DNA of 64,000 nucleotides. Origin: an uncultured Eubacteriales bacterium (lineage in GTDB: Bacteria; Bacillota; Clostridia; Peptostreptococcales; Anaerovoracaceae). This document shows, piece by piece, positions 27,922 through 37,663 of the stretch. Each line of letters begins with the position of its first letter. The first letter of the stretch is position 1. Below the pieces are notes generated by a model. The model was given only the letters and a program-made list of their open reading frames with translations, had not been told where the DNA came from and ran no database searches. The DNA is taken from positions 22,732 to 86,731 of the forward strand of contig URGK01000002.1 of assembly GCA_900547295.1 (NCBI GenBank), given 5' to 3'. The translations under genes and the position numbers were made by a program.

Positions 27922-28563
27922 TTAATCCAGTTTCTCTCTGTTTCTCTTTTTCTTTTTTACTGCTGCAATTATGCTTACTGTTATAAGCAGTACCGCAATA
28001 ATTCCTGCCGATATTTCAAGCAGTCTGCTGTTTTTCTGATGCTGTGTATCCTCTGACTTTACAGTATCGGTACCGTTTTTATCACTGCTGCTGTTGTCTG
28101 CACTGCCGCTGTCTCCGTCTCCGGTATTGCCTGCAGGCTCATTGGCTGAAATTTCTTCTATCGTTATGTTCCTGGTGACATACGGCGTATTCATCGCCTT
28201 GCCGTCAAGGTCATAGGCCTCCTCTGTGCTGATTGCAACAGAAGCTGCTCCCGTTTTGAGCGCTTTGAATTTGAGATTAAACTCCACAGTCTTACCATTA
28301 TCAGAGCTGCCTTTAAGCTTGATAATACCGCCGTCGCCCGTACTTGAGCCTCCGGATATGTACTCCAGCAGATCTGTATCATAGCTGACGCTGCCTTTTA
28401 TTGAGTCAAGATAATCCGAACTGTATTTTACGTCTACAGTGAAGTTTTCGCCTGCTGAAATATTACTGCTGCTCTCTGCATTTAAATTGAGTGATGCTGC
28501 AAACGCACTCTGAGGTACTGCAGTAATTATACACAGTATCAGCACTGCTATGAATTTTTTCAT
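27922..28563 (-). CDS. Cohesin-like domain protein with C-terminal TM anchor
   Basis: Signal peptide, then ~140 aa resembling type I cohesin (GENFTVDVKYSS...SVSYDTDLLEYISGGS vs CipA GDTVRIPVRFSG...FVYSYDPNVLEIIEIEPG), Ser/Asp-rich linker, C-terminal hydrophobic helix + KKKKRNREKLD. Confidence 0.5.
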   Translation of the reverse strand: MKKFIAVLILCIITAVPQSAFAASLNLNAESSSNISAGENFTVDVKYSSDYLDSIKGSVSYDTDLLEYISGGSSTGDGGIIKLKGSSDNGKTVEFNLKFKALKTGAASVAISTEEAYDLDGKAMNTPYVTRNITIEEISANEPAGNTGDGDSGSADNSSSDKNGTDTVKSEDTQHQKNSRLLEISAGIIAVLLITVSIIAAVKKKKRNREKLD

Positions 28564-28576
28564 AATGCTCTTCCTC

Positions 28577-30637
28577 CTACTTCCTTATAATCGTCAGCGT
28601 ATAGGTCCTTGAAAGTCCGCTGGTCGCTTTCACTTTAATATAGTGGGTATTGGTTCCTGTTTTAAGTGATACGGTATCAGCGCCGCCTGTTACCTGCGCG
28701 CCGCTGTCATTTGCTTTGGCGGTAACCGCAACCTTATCTGTATCGTGAGGAACCGTAACTGTATATTTTTGAGTATACCTGCTGAAGTTCTTGTCAAGGC
28801 TTACCGATGCCTCTCCTGCGGTTACTTTAATGCGGTCTAAAAGATTGTTGTTGTTGCCTGTTGTGGTCGGTTTTTTGCAGGCAGATGACGGCATACTCTT
28901 GAATACAGGTATTTTAAATACTATGGCGCCGTCTGCAAGAGAGCTGTAGCCCTGCTTCATAATCATAGCCTCGCTTTCGGCTCCCTGTATATTTGTCATA
29001 TACTGATGCGTGCCTATTGCGTTTTTGCTGTCAGCGCATACGTTAAATTTCTTGAGATACAGGGTATCCTGTCCCGAATTCACATAGCCTTCGGCATAAA
29101 ACATCGCTCCGCCCTTGAGGGACTTGTATCTGGTGTTCCACGGCCTGCCGTAGGTGGTAGCGCCTGCGCCTGCACCCGATGCCCACCATAAACCTCTCTG
29201 GACTGCAGACATAGTAGAGGTTTTGTAAGCTCCGCAGTTAAAGAAATTGTATATTCCCTTGTAGCCCTTGTACGTGCCCGATACCGAGCCGTTTGAAAGG
29301 CTGCCCTGCTCCTGTATTATCATAGCCGCAAGCACGTTTGGATTTACTCCCGTATTCTTGCCTGCGTAATATATGGCGCTTGCATATGTAGAGTAAGGCT
29401 CGTCAGGGAAGTCCACATCAAGAAATGTGCCTTTAACTATTTTTTTAACTGTCGATATGCTCTGAGCCTCGCTGTCAAAAGCATGGCTTACAAACATATA
29501 TATGCCGTTTTCGTTAAGAAAATTACGCGGATCGAGATAATATTTGATTATTCCGGTATACGCGCTTACCCAGCCGCCGCTGTCAAATACGACATATTTG
29601 TTATTTTTAAAGTCGTAGGCTCCGCTTTTCATTGATTTCCATGAATCATAGGCGCCTGAATATATAAGGTTTCTGCCTACCATCGTTTCGGCTGCAACTG
29701 CAGCAGACCATGCTGTGCCTGTATGCTCAGCCCTGAAAATCCAGTCCGGGTGTTTTTCGTGAAGCGCCCGAAGATAAGGCTTGTAGCTTTCGGGAAAGCC
29801 CTCGTTTTCGAGCATTGTTTCAAAGTCAGATGCGGTGTTTCCTCCGCTGCCTCCGCTGTTATCCCTGTATTCGCTCACTTTAACATAGGCAGAGGATACA
29901 TATCCGTATTCGCTGCCGAATTTTATTTTGTACCAAAGCTTCCCGCTGCTGTCTTTTTTGCTTCCCAGTATTCTGGCTGTCGCCCCCTTGTCGATGCTTC
30001 CAAGCACTCTTCCGGAAGTTCCGGCGGAGACTCTGACATTAAGCGGTCCTTCTTTGACTGTTATCATCTGTTCCTTTGTTTCCTCTGCCGGAGCCGTCGT
30101 GCTGCCTTTTTTGACATATGAAGCCCTTATATATGACAGCTTGCCGTTATATGTAACTGCATACCACAGTTTTTTGCTGCTGTCATATTTGTAGCCTTTA
30201 AGCGTAACCGACGCTCCTTTTTTGAGAGTTCCTCTCAAAGTGCCGGAGGTTCCCGCAGAAGCTCTGACGCTTAAAGGTCCGTCTGTAACCGTAGCTTTCT
30301 GCGCCGGAGTGTAAATTGTATATGCTGTTTTGGTTACTGTCTTGACATAGGCCGAGCTTATATATGAAGCCTTGCCGTCATAGGTTATGTAATACCATTT
30401 AGTGCTTCCGTTTGTTTTATATCCTTTTAGCGTAACCTGCTGCCCTTTGGCAAGCTCTCCTCTGACTGATGAGGTCGCCGAGGCCGCGCTTCTGACATTA
30501 AGCGGCCCTGCGGTTACCTGCCCCGTCTTATAGGATGAATATTTAACCAGTTCTGCGCCTGATGAGGCTGTTACCGATAATACAAATATCAGAGTAACCG
30601 TTATCATAACTGCAATAATGCGCACTAGTCTGTTCAT
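28577..30637 (-). CDS. Secreted cell-wall hydrolase: 3x SH3b domains + glucosaminidase-like domain + cadherin-like beta-sandwich domain
   Basis: Signal peptide; three ~70 aa repeats (GPLNVR.SAGTSG...KG..VTLKGYK...KLWY.VTYNGK.SYI..SYVK) = bacterial SH3; central region with AAMIIQEQGS and YAEGYVNSG resembling GH73/LYZ2 glucosaminidases; C-terminal domain fits cadherin-like beta sandwich. Confidence 0.6.
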   Translation of the reverse strand: MNRLVRIIAVMITVTLIFVLSVTASSGAELVKYSSYKTGQVTAGPLNVRSAASATSSVRGELAKGQQVTLKGYKTNGSTKWYYITYDGKASYISSAYVKTVTKTAYTIYTPAQKATVTDGPLSVRASAGTSGTLRGTLKKGASVTLKGYKYDSSKKLWYAVTYNGKLSYIRASYVKKGSTTAPAEETKEQMITVKEGPLNVRVSAGTSGRVLGSIDKGATARILGSKKDSSGKLWYKIKFGSEYGYVSSAYVKVSEYRDNSGGSGGNTASDFETMLENEGFPESYKPYLRALHEKHPDWIFRAEHTGTAWSAAVAAETMVGRNLIYSGAYDSWKSMKSGAYDFKNNKYVVFDSGGWVSAYTGIIKYYLDPRNFLNENGIYMFVSHAFDSEAQSISTVKKIVKGTFLDVDFPDEPYSTYASAIYYAGKNTGVNPNVLAAMIIQEQGSLSNGSVSGTYKGYKGIYNFFNCGAYKTSTMSAVQRGLWWASGAGAGATTYGRPWNTRYKSLKGGAMFYAEGYVNSGQDTLYLKKFNVCADSKNAIGTHQYMTNIQGAESEAMIMKQGYSSLADGAIVFKIPVFKSMPSSACKKPTTTGNNNNLLDRIKVTAGEASVSLDKNFSRYTQKYTVTVPHDTDKVAVTAKANDSGAQVTGGADTVSLKTGTNTHYIKVKATSGLSRTYTLTIIRK

Positions 30638-30676
30638 TGCTGCTTCTCCTGTTCAATCCCCTGTTTAATATCCGGT

Positions 30677-31984
30677 CTATATACCTATTACCTCTTTAAT
30701 CAGTACAGGTATTTCCGCCCGGTTTTCTGATATTTCAAATGCCTTTGCCGCCTCTGCAGCCGCATTTGAAAGCTTTGTTTCGTCATTTGCATATACTGCT
30801 GCAAGAGTTTCACCGCACTTAACAGCATCTCCGACTTTCTTTTCGAGGTATATGCCTGCCGCAAGGTCTATGCTGTCCTCCTTGGTGGCTCTGCCCGCGC
30901 CCGAATGCTGCGATGCGAGGCCTATTCTTCTTGCTTCTATCTTTGCTACGAAACCGTCTTTTTCGGCTTTGATTTCAACGCTGTGGGCCGCCTTTGGAAG
31001 CAGGCTGTAATCGTCTGCAATGTCAGGATCTCCGCCCTGCGCCTTGACAAATTCCATAAATTTCTCTATTCCTGCTCCGCTCAGCATAGCATTTCTTGCC
31101 ATCTCATAGCCCACTGCCGGATCTGCCGCCTTACCTCCCATATACAGCATAATGCCCGAAAGTGTCAGTGACAGCTCCTGTATGTCCTCAGGACCTCTTC
31201 CCTTGAGTGTTTCCATTGCCTCTATAACTTCAAGGCTGTTGCCTACCGCTCTGCCAAGAGGCTGGCTCATATCGGTTATAACGGCGGCTGTCGGAACACC
31301 GTCGCCCTTGCCTATATGGCACATCAGCTCTCCCAGCGCTCTGGCATCTTCAAGAGTTTCCATAAATGCACCATTGCCGCATTTAACGTCTAAAACTATG
31401 GCGTCTGAACCTGCCGCAAGCTTCTTGCTCATTATTGATGAGGTTATAAGCCCCAGATTTCCCACTGTCGCAGTCACATCTCTGAGGGCGTATATTTTTT
31501 TGTCGGCAGGAGCCACATGGGCTGTCTGTCCCACAACAGCTATGCCGGTTTCGTTTACCTGCTTTATAAATTCATCAGGCTCAAGCGATGTCTTGAAGCC
31601 TCTAATTGATTCCAGCTTGTCTACAGTGCCGCCTGTAAATCCCAGTCCTCTTCCGCTCATTTTGGCAACCGGCACTCCGCAGGCTGCCGTAAGCGGTCCT
31701 ACTACCATAGTAGTCTTGTCGCCTACGCCTCCGGTCGAATGTTTGTCTACCTTGATGCCTTTAATTGATGACAGGTCGACAACATCTCCAGAAAATTTCA
31801 TAGCCTTTGTCAGAGAATATATCTCATCTTTGTCAAGGCCTCTGATATATGCCGCCATAAGAAATGCGGCAGCCTGATAGTCCGGAATACTTCCGTCCGT
31901 ATATCCGTTTACAAAGAATCTGATTTCTTCATCTGAAAGTATACCGCCGTCTCTTTTTTTCTCTATAATATCATACATATTCAT
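30677..31984 (-). CDS. pdp: Pyrimidine-nucleoside phosphorylase
   Basis: MNMYDIIEKKRDGGILSDEEIRFFVNGYTDGSIPDYQAAAFLMA..., TGGVGDKT motif. Confidence 0.9.
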   Translation of the reverse strand: MNMYDIIEKKRDGGILSDEEIRFFVNGYTDGSIPDYQAAAFLMAAYIRGLDKDEIYSLTKAMKFSGDVVDLSSIKGIKVDKHSTGGVGDKTTMVVGPLTAACGVPVAKMSGRGLGFTGGTVDKLESIRGFKTSLEPDEFIKQVNETGIAVVGQTAHVAPADKKIYALRDVTATVGNLGLITSSIMSKKLAAGSDAIVLDVKCGNGAFMETLEDARALGELMCHIGKGDGVPTAAVITDMSQPLGRAVGNSLEVIEAMETLKGRGPEDIQELSLTLSGIMLYMGGKAADPAVGYEMARNAMLSGAGIEKFMEFVKAQGGDPDIADDYSLLPKAAHSVEIKAEKDGFVAKIEARRIGLASQHSGAGRATKEDSIDLAAGIYLEKKVGDAVKCGETLAAVYANDETKLSNAAAEAAKAFEISENRAEIPVLIKEVIGI

Positions 31985-31994
31985 AAGTCTTACC

Positions 31995-33176
31995 TCATTT
32001 TTTTACTCTGTCAAGCACACTGGTTCCAAGGCCTGTGCCGTCTACTCCAAGTATATCGCATACCGTAGCCCCTATATCTGCAAAGGTGCTTCCTGTTCCA
32101 AGATTAACGCTTCTTATATGTTTACCGTACATTACAAAAGGAATATATTCTCTTGTGTGGTCAGTACCGCTGTGAACAGGATCGTTGCCGTGGTCTGCGC
32201 ATATCATAAGCACGTCATCATCCTTCATAGCGGCTAATATTTCCGGTATCCTGCTGTCAAAGGCTTCTATGGCTTTGCCGTAGCCTACAGGATTTCTTCT
32301 GTGTCCATACTCTGAGTCAAATTCCACAAGGTTTGTGAATATGAAGCCTTCAAATTCCTGCCCGAGAGCCTCTATTGTCTTGTCAACTCCGTCCATATTG
32401 CTTTTAGTCTTAACCTTGTCTGTAACACCATTGCCGTTGAATATATCGTTTATCTTGCCTACGGCATATACGGTCTTTCCGGCTTCCTTTATTTTATCCA
32501 GAACCGTCGGTGCAGGCGGATCTACGGAATAGTCATGTCTGTCGCTGGTGCGTTTGCGTTTGCCGTTTTCTATGATATACGGGCGGGCTATAACTCTGCC
32601 GCAGGCGTATTCGCCTACAAGCATATTTCTTGCAATCTGACACATCTCATACAGTCTCTCAAGAGGAATAACTGCCGTATTGGCGGCAATCTGAAATACG
32701 CTGTCGGCAGATGTGTATACTATAGGCTTGCCTGTAGCCTCGTGCTCATCGCCCAGCACCTCTATTATCTCCGTACCCGAAGCCGGGTAGTTGCCGAGAG
32801 TTCCAACGCCTATGGCCTCCTCAAACTTATCCATAAATTCCTTTGGAAATCCGTTTGGATATGTTTTGAACGGAACCTCGGTTTTAAGACCTGCAATCTC
32901 CCAGTGTCCCGTAGTGGTGTCCTTGCCCTTTGAAAGCTCCATAAATCTGCCGTATGCGCCTGTCGGGCTTTTAACTGCAAGCCTGCCTCCTGCAGCCCCG
33001 TCTATATTGCAGAAGCCTAAGTTTTGCAGGTTGGGAATGTTAATTCCTCCCTCCTGATCGTTCATCACATCGACTATGTGTCCGAAAGTATCTGCTCCCG
33101 CATCGCCGTAATCTGCCGCATCAGGCAGCGCTCCCACTCCCAGACTGTCTGTCACTATTAAAGTTACTCTTTTCAT
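31995..33176 (-). CDS. deoB: Phosphopentomutase
   Basis: MKRVTLIVTDSLGVGALPDA...CADHGNDP.HSGTDHTREYIP metal-site motifs. Confidence 0.9.
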   Translation of the reverse strand: MKRVTLIVTDSLGVGALPDAADYGDAGADTFGHIVDVMNDQEGGINIPNLQNLGFCNIDGAAGGRLAVKSPTGAYGRFMELSKGKDTTTGHWEIAGLKTEVPFKTYPNGFPKEFMDKFEEAIGVGTLGNYPASGTEIIEVLGDEHEATGKPIVYTSADSVFQIAANTAVIPLERLYEMCQIARNMLVGEYACGRVIARPYIIENGKRKRTSDRHDYSVDPPAPTVLDKIKEAGKTVYAVGKINDIFNGNGVTDKVKTKSNMDGVDKTIEALGQEFEGFIFTNLVEFDSEYGHRRNPVGYGKAIEAFDSRIPEILAAMKDDDVLMICADHGNDPVHSGTDHTREYIPFVMYGKHIRSVNLGTGSTFADIGATVCDILGVDGTGLGTSVLDRVKK

Positions 33177-33181
33177 TTTTC

Positions 33182-33883
33182 CTATACCTCCGCTATGAGT
33201 TTCGGGCAGGCCCTGAGATAATCAAGGCTTACCAGCATATATCTGGCACCGTTAAATACCGCCTGAAGTCCGTTTTTGAATACTTCAGGCCCGTGAAGAT
33301 GTCCGTACACGACAGTCTCCGCTCCGTACTCCGTAAACAGCTCCGTAAATCCGGAGTTCTGAAATTTCTCGTTTGTAGGCGGATAATGCAGCACCCCTAT
33401 AATCCGCTCATATCCCGCCTGTTTTGCCGCTTTGAGTGAAGCCTCCACTCTAAGCAGCTCTCTTTTGTATATTTTTTCGTCCTGCGGGGTGAACCCGTCA
33501 TTTCCCGGGCATATCCAGCCGCGGCTTCCGCATATGGCGTATCCGTCTGCGGCATAGAAATGGTTCTGCAGGAAGTATACATCATCATAAAGCTGATTGA
33601 GCTTTGTAATGCCGGTCCACCATAAATCGTGGTTGCCCTTGATTATGACCTTGCGGCCCGGCAGCTGATGTATCCACTCAAAATCGGCATAAGCCTCATC
33701 TTTAGTCAGTCCCCACGATATGTCCCCCGCAATTATAACGGTGTCGGTTTCCCTGACTGTGTTTATCCAGTTTTCTTTAAGTCTCTCCGTATGGTTTGCC
33801 CATAACGGACCGAATATATCCATTGGCTTATCTACTCTCTCGTCAAAAGAAAGATGCAGATCACCTATTGCGTATATGCTCAT
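33182..33883 (-). CDS. Calcineurin-like metallophosphoesterase
   Basis: IGDLHLS, GDISW, GNHD, GHLH motifs. Confidence 0.8.
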   Translation of the reverse strand: MSIYAIGDLHLSFDERVDKPMDIFGPLWANHTERLKENWINTVRETDTVIIAGDISWGLTKDEAYADFEWIHQLPGRKVIIKGNHDLWWTGITKLNQLYDDVYFLQNHFYAADGYAICGSRGWICPGNDGFTPQDEKIYKRELLRVEASLKAAKQAGYERIIGVLHYPPTNEKFQNSGFTELFTEYGAETVVYGHLHGPEVFKNGLQAVFNGARYMLVSLDYLRACPKLIAEV

Positions 33884-33886
33884 TAA

Positions 33887-35140
33887 CTATTCCTCATTAT
33901 CGTTTATTCCAAGCAGACCGCTGCTTGTTTCTTCGGGCAGAGCCGTAACATCTCTGAGTCTTCTCTGTATCACGTTTGTTCTGGTGCCTATCAGAGCATC
34001 CAGCTCATTGTTTGCCTGATTAATTCTCTCCTGGGCTTTTTTGAGGGTCTTTTCAAACTTGCCAAACTCCGTCTTGACAGCACCAAGCACATCCCATACT
34101 CTGCTGGAGTGCTTCTCTATGGCAAGGGTTCTGAAGCCCATTTGCAGACTGTTCAGGAGAGCCGCCATAGTAGTAGGTCCCGCGATGTTAACCTTGTATT
34201 CTCTCTGCAGCACCTCAACCATACCTCTTCTTACAACCTCCGCATAAAGTCCCTCAAACGGCAGGAACAGTATTGCAAAGTCAGTGGTTGCAGGCGGATC
34301 TACATATTTGTCATGTATATATTTGGCCGAGGCCTTAATCGATGCCTCAAGCGCCCTGCCGCAGGCCTCTATCTGAGCCTTGTCGCCTGTCTCATAGGCA
34401 TCTGCCAGATTGCTGTATTTGTCTGCAGGGAATTTGGCGTCTATCGGAAGATATACAACTCCGTCCTCATCGCCGGGCAGCCTTATTGCAAATTCAACCC
34501 TGTCAGACGAGCCTTTTTTGGTGGCAACGTTTTCGTCGTACTGCTCCTTAGTCAGAACCTGCTCAAGAATTGCCGAAAGCTGAATTTCTCCGAGTATGCC
34601 TCTTGTTTTGACATTTGACAGCACTTTTTTGAGGTCGCCGACTCCCGATGCCAGATTCTGCATTTCGCCAAGTCCCTTGTATACCTCTTCCAGTCTTTCG
34701 CTGACAAGCTTAAATGACTGTGACAGCCTCTCCTCTAAAGTCTTCTGGAGCTTTTCATCTACCGTCGCTCTCATTTTTTCAAGCTGAACGCTGTTCTCGT
34801 CGGTAAGAGCCTTGATTTTGCTCTCCATTGCAGTCCTTATATTGTCAAGCTTCTGCTCGTTTTCGACTGCCATATTTGAAAATCTGGTATTAAGCTCCGC
34901 AAGCCTCATATCCTGCGCCTTGGCAGACTCTTTCATATTGTTTGATATCATCTCTCCCAGCATCTGAAATGAGCTGTTTACATTCTGAAGCGTCTCGGTT
35001 CTGGAGCGCGCTATCTCGTTTTTAATCTCTGCGCTGTCACTGCCGGCGGCAAGCTTCTTCTCAAGTGATGATATCTTAATTATTGCAATAACAAGAAGCA
35101 CCGCAATAATTCCAAGTAAAATATATATAACTGTGTTCAT
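33887..35140 (-). CDS. rmuC: DNA recombination protein RmuC
   Basis: N-terminal TM, long coiled-coil, C-terminal RmuC nuclease-like domain. Confidence 0.85.
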   Translation of the reverse strand: MNTVIYILLGIIAVLLVIAIIKISSLEKKLAAGSDSAEIKNEIARSRTETLQNVNSSFQMLGEMISNNMKESAKAQDMRLAELNTRFSNMAVENEQKLDNIRTAMESKIKALTDENSVQLEKMRATVDEKLQKTLEERLSQSFKLVSERLEEVYKGLGEMQNLASGVGDLKKVLSNVKTRGILGEIQLSAILEQVLTKEQYDENVATKKGSSDRVEFAIRLPGDEDGVVYLPIDAKFPADKYSNLADAYETGDKAQIEACGRALEASIKASAKYIHDKYVDPPATTDFAILFLPFEGLYAEVVRRGMVEVLQREYKVNIAGPTTMAALLNSLQMGFRTLAIEKHSSRVWDVLGAVKTEFGKFEKTLKKAQERINQANNELDALIGTRTNVIQRRLRDVTALPEETSSGLLGINDNEE

Positions 35141-35237
35141 CGGATTTCCTTTCTATTATGCACATATCCCGCATACTATATAAGCAGTGGAATTTCAGTC
35201 TAATTATAACATATAAGCGGGAGGTTTAAAACACAAA

Positions 35238-36170
35238 ATGATAGAATACCTGCTGACAGGACCCTTTGGTATTATCTCTATGACATTCAGATATTTAATA
35301 TGTATGCTGACCCCTCTGGTAACGGCATTTGCCTTCTGTCAGCTGTTTCTTGAAAGGTCCGGGATAATACTGCGCCTTGAAAGCCACTCCGGAAAATTAC
35401 TGTCGCATATGGGGCTTTCGGCAGACTGCCTTCTCCCCCTCATGTCAGGATTCGGCTGCACCACGGCCGCGCTGTCCGCCCTGTCGGGCTTAAACTCCTC
35501 CCGTGAAAGATATATAGCGGCGTTTCTGCTGTCTGCTGCAGTTCCCTGCTCTGCCCAGACTGCCGTAATAATCGGTATCGCCTTCGTACTTCCTCCCTCC
35601 CTGTTCATATTCTATATATCTTCAGTTGCCGCCGTATTTGTAATTTCTGGTATCTTTCTCAATATACTGCTTCCCGCAGATAAAATATATCACACGCCCC
35701 GTACTAAAAACGGTGCCGTGCACATGCCTGCCATGTTTCCGCTTTTAAAAGTCTCTGTTTTATACGGCATATCCTTTTTAAAGGATACGCTGCTTCCCTT
35801 TGCAGCAGGCTCCGCCATACTTTCTGTTTTAAGCTATACGGGGTTTCTGGATTATCTGTGCCGCATATGCGCGCCTGTAACCGAAAGCTTCCTGCAGCTG
35901 CCGAGAGAAGCTGCGTCCCTGTTCATAATGAGCATTGTAAAAAGAGATTTCGGAGCGGCGGGACTTCTGTCCGTAATAGAGCAGAGCTCATTCACATACC
36001 GGCAGCTTACGGTTTCAATGCTTATTCTGAGCCTGTTTGTCCCCTGCTTTGCCTCCCTCATAATACTTCTCAAACAGGAGGGCTTCGCAAAGGCCCTGTC
36101 CATATGGGCGGGAAGCCTTGCACTCTCTATCCTGGTGGGAAAACTTGCCTCTCTGCTTCTTATCTCTTGA
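35238..36170 (+). CDS. Nucleoside-recognition (Gate) domain membrane protein (YjiH/SpmA-like)
   Basis: 310 aa polytopic protein with two Gate-domain halves; GGGAGG RBS. Confidence 0.55.
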   Translation: MIEYLLTGPFGIISMTFRYLICMLTPLVTAFAFCQLFLERSGIILRLESHSGKLLSHMGLSADCLLPLMSGFGCTTAALSALSGLNSSRERYIAAFLLSAAVPCSAQTAVIIGIAFVLPPSLFIFYISSVAAVFVISGIFLNILLPADKIYHTPRTKNGAVHMPAMFPLLKVSVLYGISFLKDTLLPFAAGSAILSVLSYTGFLDYLCRICAPVTESFLQLPREAASLFIMSIVKRDFGAAGLLSVIEQSSFTYRQLTVSMLILSLFVPCFASLIILLKQEGFAKALSIWAGSLALSILVGKLASLLLIS

Positions 36171-36321
36171 CACTCGCCCCTGTTTTCTGTAAAATATACT
36201 CATAATCCTGACACAAAGTTTTCGCACTGCGAATTCTGCCTGAAAGGTGCAATATATGAGCTATCAGTATATCTGCATTCTTTTGGGGGTGCAGATATTT
36301 TTAATACACAGGAGGCTTGCA

Positions 36322-36579
36322 ATGGAAACAAGAGTTGCCGTTATGGGCATAATAGTTGAAAATCCCGATTCCGCTTCATATCTCAATTCGCTGCTGCATG
36401 AATATGGAAGCTATATAATCGGAAGAATGGGAATTCCCTACAAAGAAAGAAATATCAATATAATATCTGTTGCCATAGACGCGCCGCAGAACATCATTTC
36501 TGCTCTTTCGGGCAAAATAGGGAACATAGGCGGCATCAGCGTCAAAACAGCATATTCAAATGTGGTGTCAAATGGATAA
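36322..36579 (+). CDS. TM1266-family iron-only hydrogenase system regulator (ACT-like, 85 aa)
   Basis: METRVAVMGIIVENPDSASYLNSLLHEYGSYIIGRMGIPYKERNINIISVAIDAPQNIISALSGKIGNIGGISVKT; AGGAGG RBS 5 nt upstream of ATG 36322. Listed ORF start 36247 is not supported. Confidence 0.7.
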   Translation: METRVAVMGIIVENPDSASYLNSLLHEYGSYIIGRMGIPYKERNINIISVAIDAPQNIISALSGKIGNIGGISVKTAYSNVVSNG

Positions 36580-37627
36580 TAATCTGAAACTGCTGATAGA
36601 CAGACTGGAAGCAGAGCGCTGCCTCGAAAAAAACGAATACAAAATGCTGATTGAGGGTTTTTCAGAGGAACCTGCAGCCTACGCCGCTTCAAAGGCAGAC
36701 AGAATAAGGCAGAGCATCTACGGAAAAGACGTATATATCAGAGGGCTGATTGAAGTCAGCAACATATGCGCAAACGACTGCCTGTACTGCGGCATCAGGA
36801 AAAGCAATGCACAGTGCGCGAGATACCGCCTGCCTCTTGAGACAGTTCTTGAATGCTGCCGCAAGGGCTATGAGCTTGGATTCAGAACCTTTGTAATGCA
36901 GGGCGGCGAGGACGGATTTTTTACTGCGGAGCATATATGCAGATATGTCAGCAGTATCAAAAAAAGCTTTCCGGACTGCGCAGTAACGCTTTCTCTTGGC
37001 GAATATTCAAAAGAGGAATACAAGGCCATGTATGATGCAGGCGCCGACCGCTATCTGCTTCGTCACGAAACTGCGGACAAGGCTCACTATGAGAAGCTTC
37101 ACCCTGCGTCAATGTCCTTTGAAAAACGAATGAAGTGCCTTGAGAATATAAAGGAAACCGGTTTTCAGACAGGCTGCGGATTTATGGTCGGATCTCCTTA
37201 TCAGAGCTCTGACACACTTGCAGCGGATCTTAAATTCATAGAGAAGTTTAAACCTCATATGTGCGGCATAGGACCGTTTATCCCTCATAAGGACACACCT
37301 TTCGGAAGCTGCCCTGCGGGAACGGCAGAGCTTACCGTTTACCTGCTCTCCCTGATACGCCTTATCAGACCCGACATACTGCTTCCCGCAACAACAGCCC
37401 TGGGAACTATAGACAATATGGGGCGCGAAAAAGGCATTCTTGTAGGTGCAAATGTTGTAATGCCTAATCTTTCACCTGTTTCCGAAAGAAAAAAATATAT
37501 GCTTTACAACGACAAAATATGTATGAACGAGGAGGCCGCCGAAAACCTTGCGGCTCTCAAAAGAAAAGTTTCGGCCATAGGCTATCGCATTGTCACAGAC
37601 AGAGGCGATTTCAGAAATATAATCTAA
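36572..37627 (+). CDS. hydE: [FeFe]-hydrogenase maturase HydE (radical SAM)
   Basis: CANDCLYCGIR radical-SAM motif, biotin-synthase-like fold, strong co-linearity with T. maritima HydE; ATGGATAA overlap with regulator stop. Alternative start 36560. Confidence 0.85.
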   Translation: MDNNLKLLIDRLEAERCLEKNEYKMLIEGFSEEPAAYAASKADRIRQSIYGKDVYIRGLIEVSNICANDCLYCGIRKSNAQCARYRLPLETVLECCRKGYELGFRTFVMQGGEDGFFTAEHICRYVSSIKKSFPDCAVTLSLGEYSKEEYKAMYDAGADRYLLRHETADKAHYEKLHPASMSFEKRMKCLENIKETGFQTGCGFMVGSPYQSSDTLAADLKFIEKFKPHMCGIGPFIPHKDTPFGSCPAGTAELTVYLLSLIRLIRPDILLPATTALGTIDNMGREKGILVGANVVMPNLSPVSERKKYMLYNDKICMNEEAAENLAALKRKVSAIGYRIVTDRGDFRNII

Positions 37628-37663
37628 CGAAAAGTTAATTCTGACCGTAAGAAAGGAAAAATT

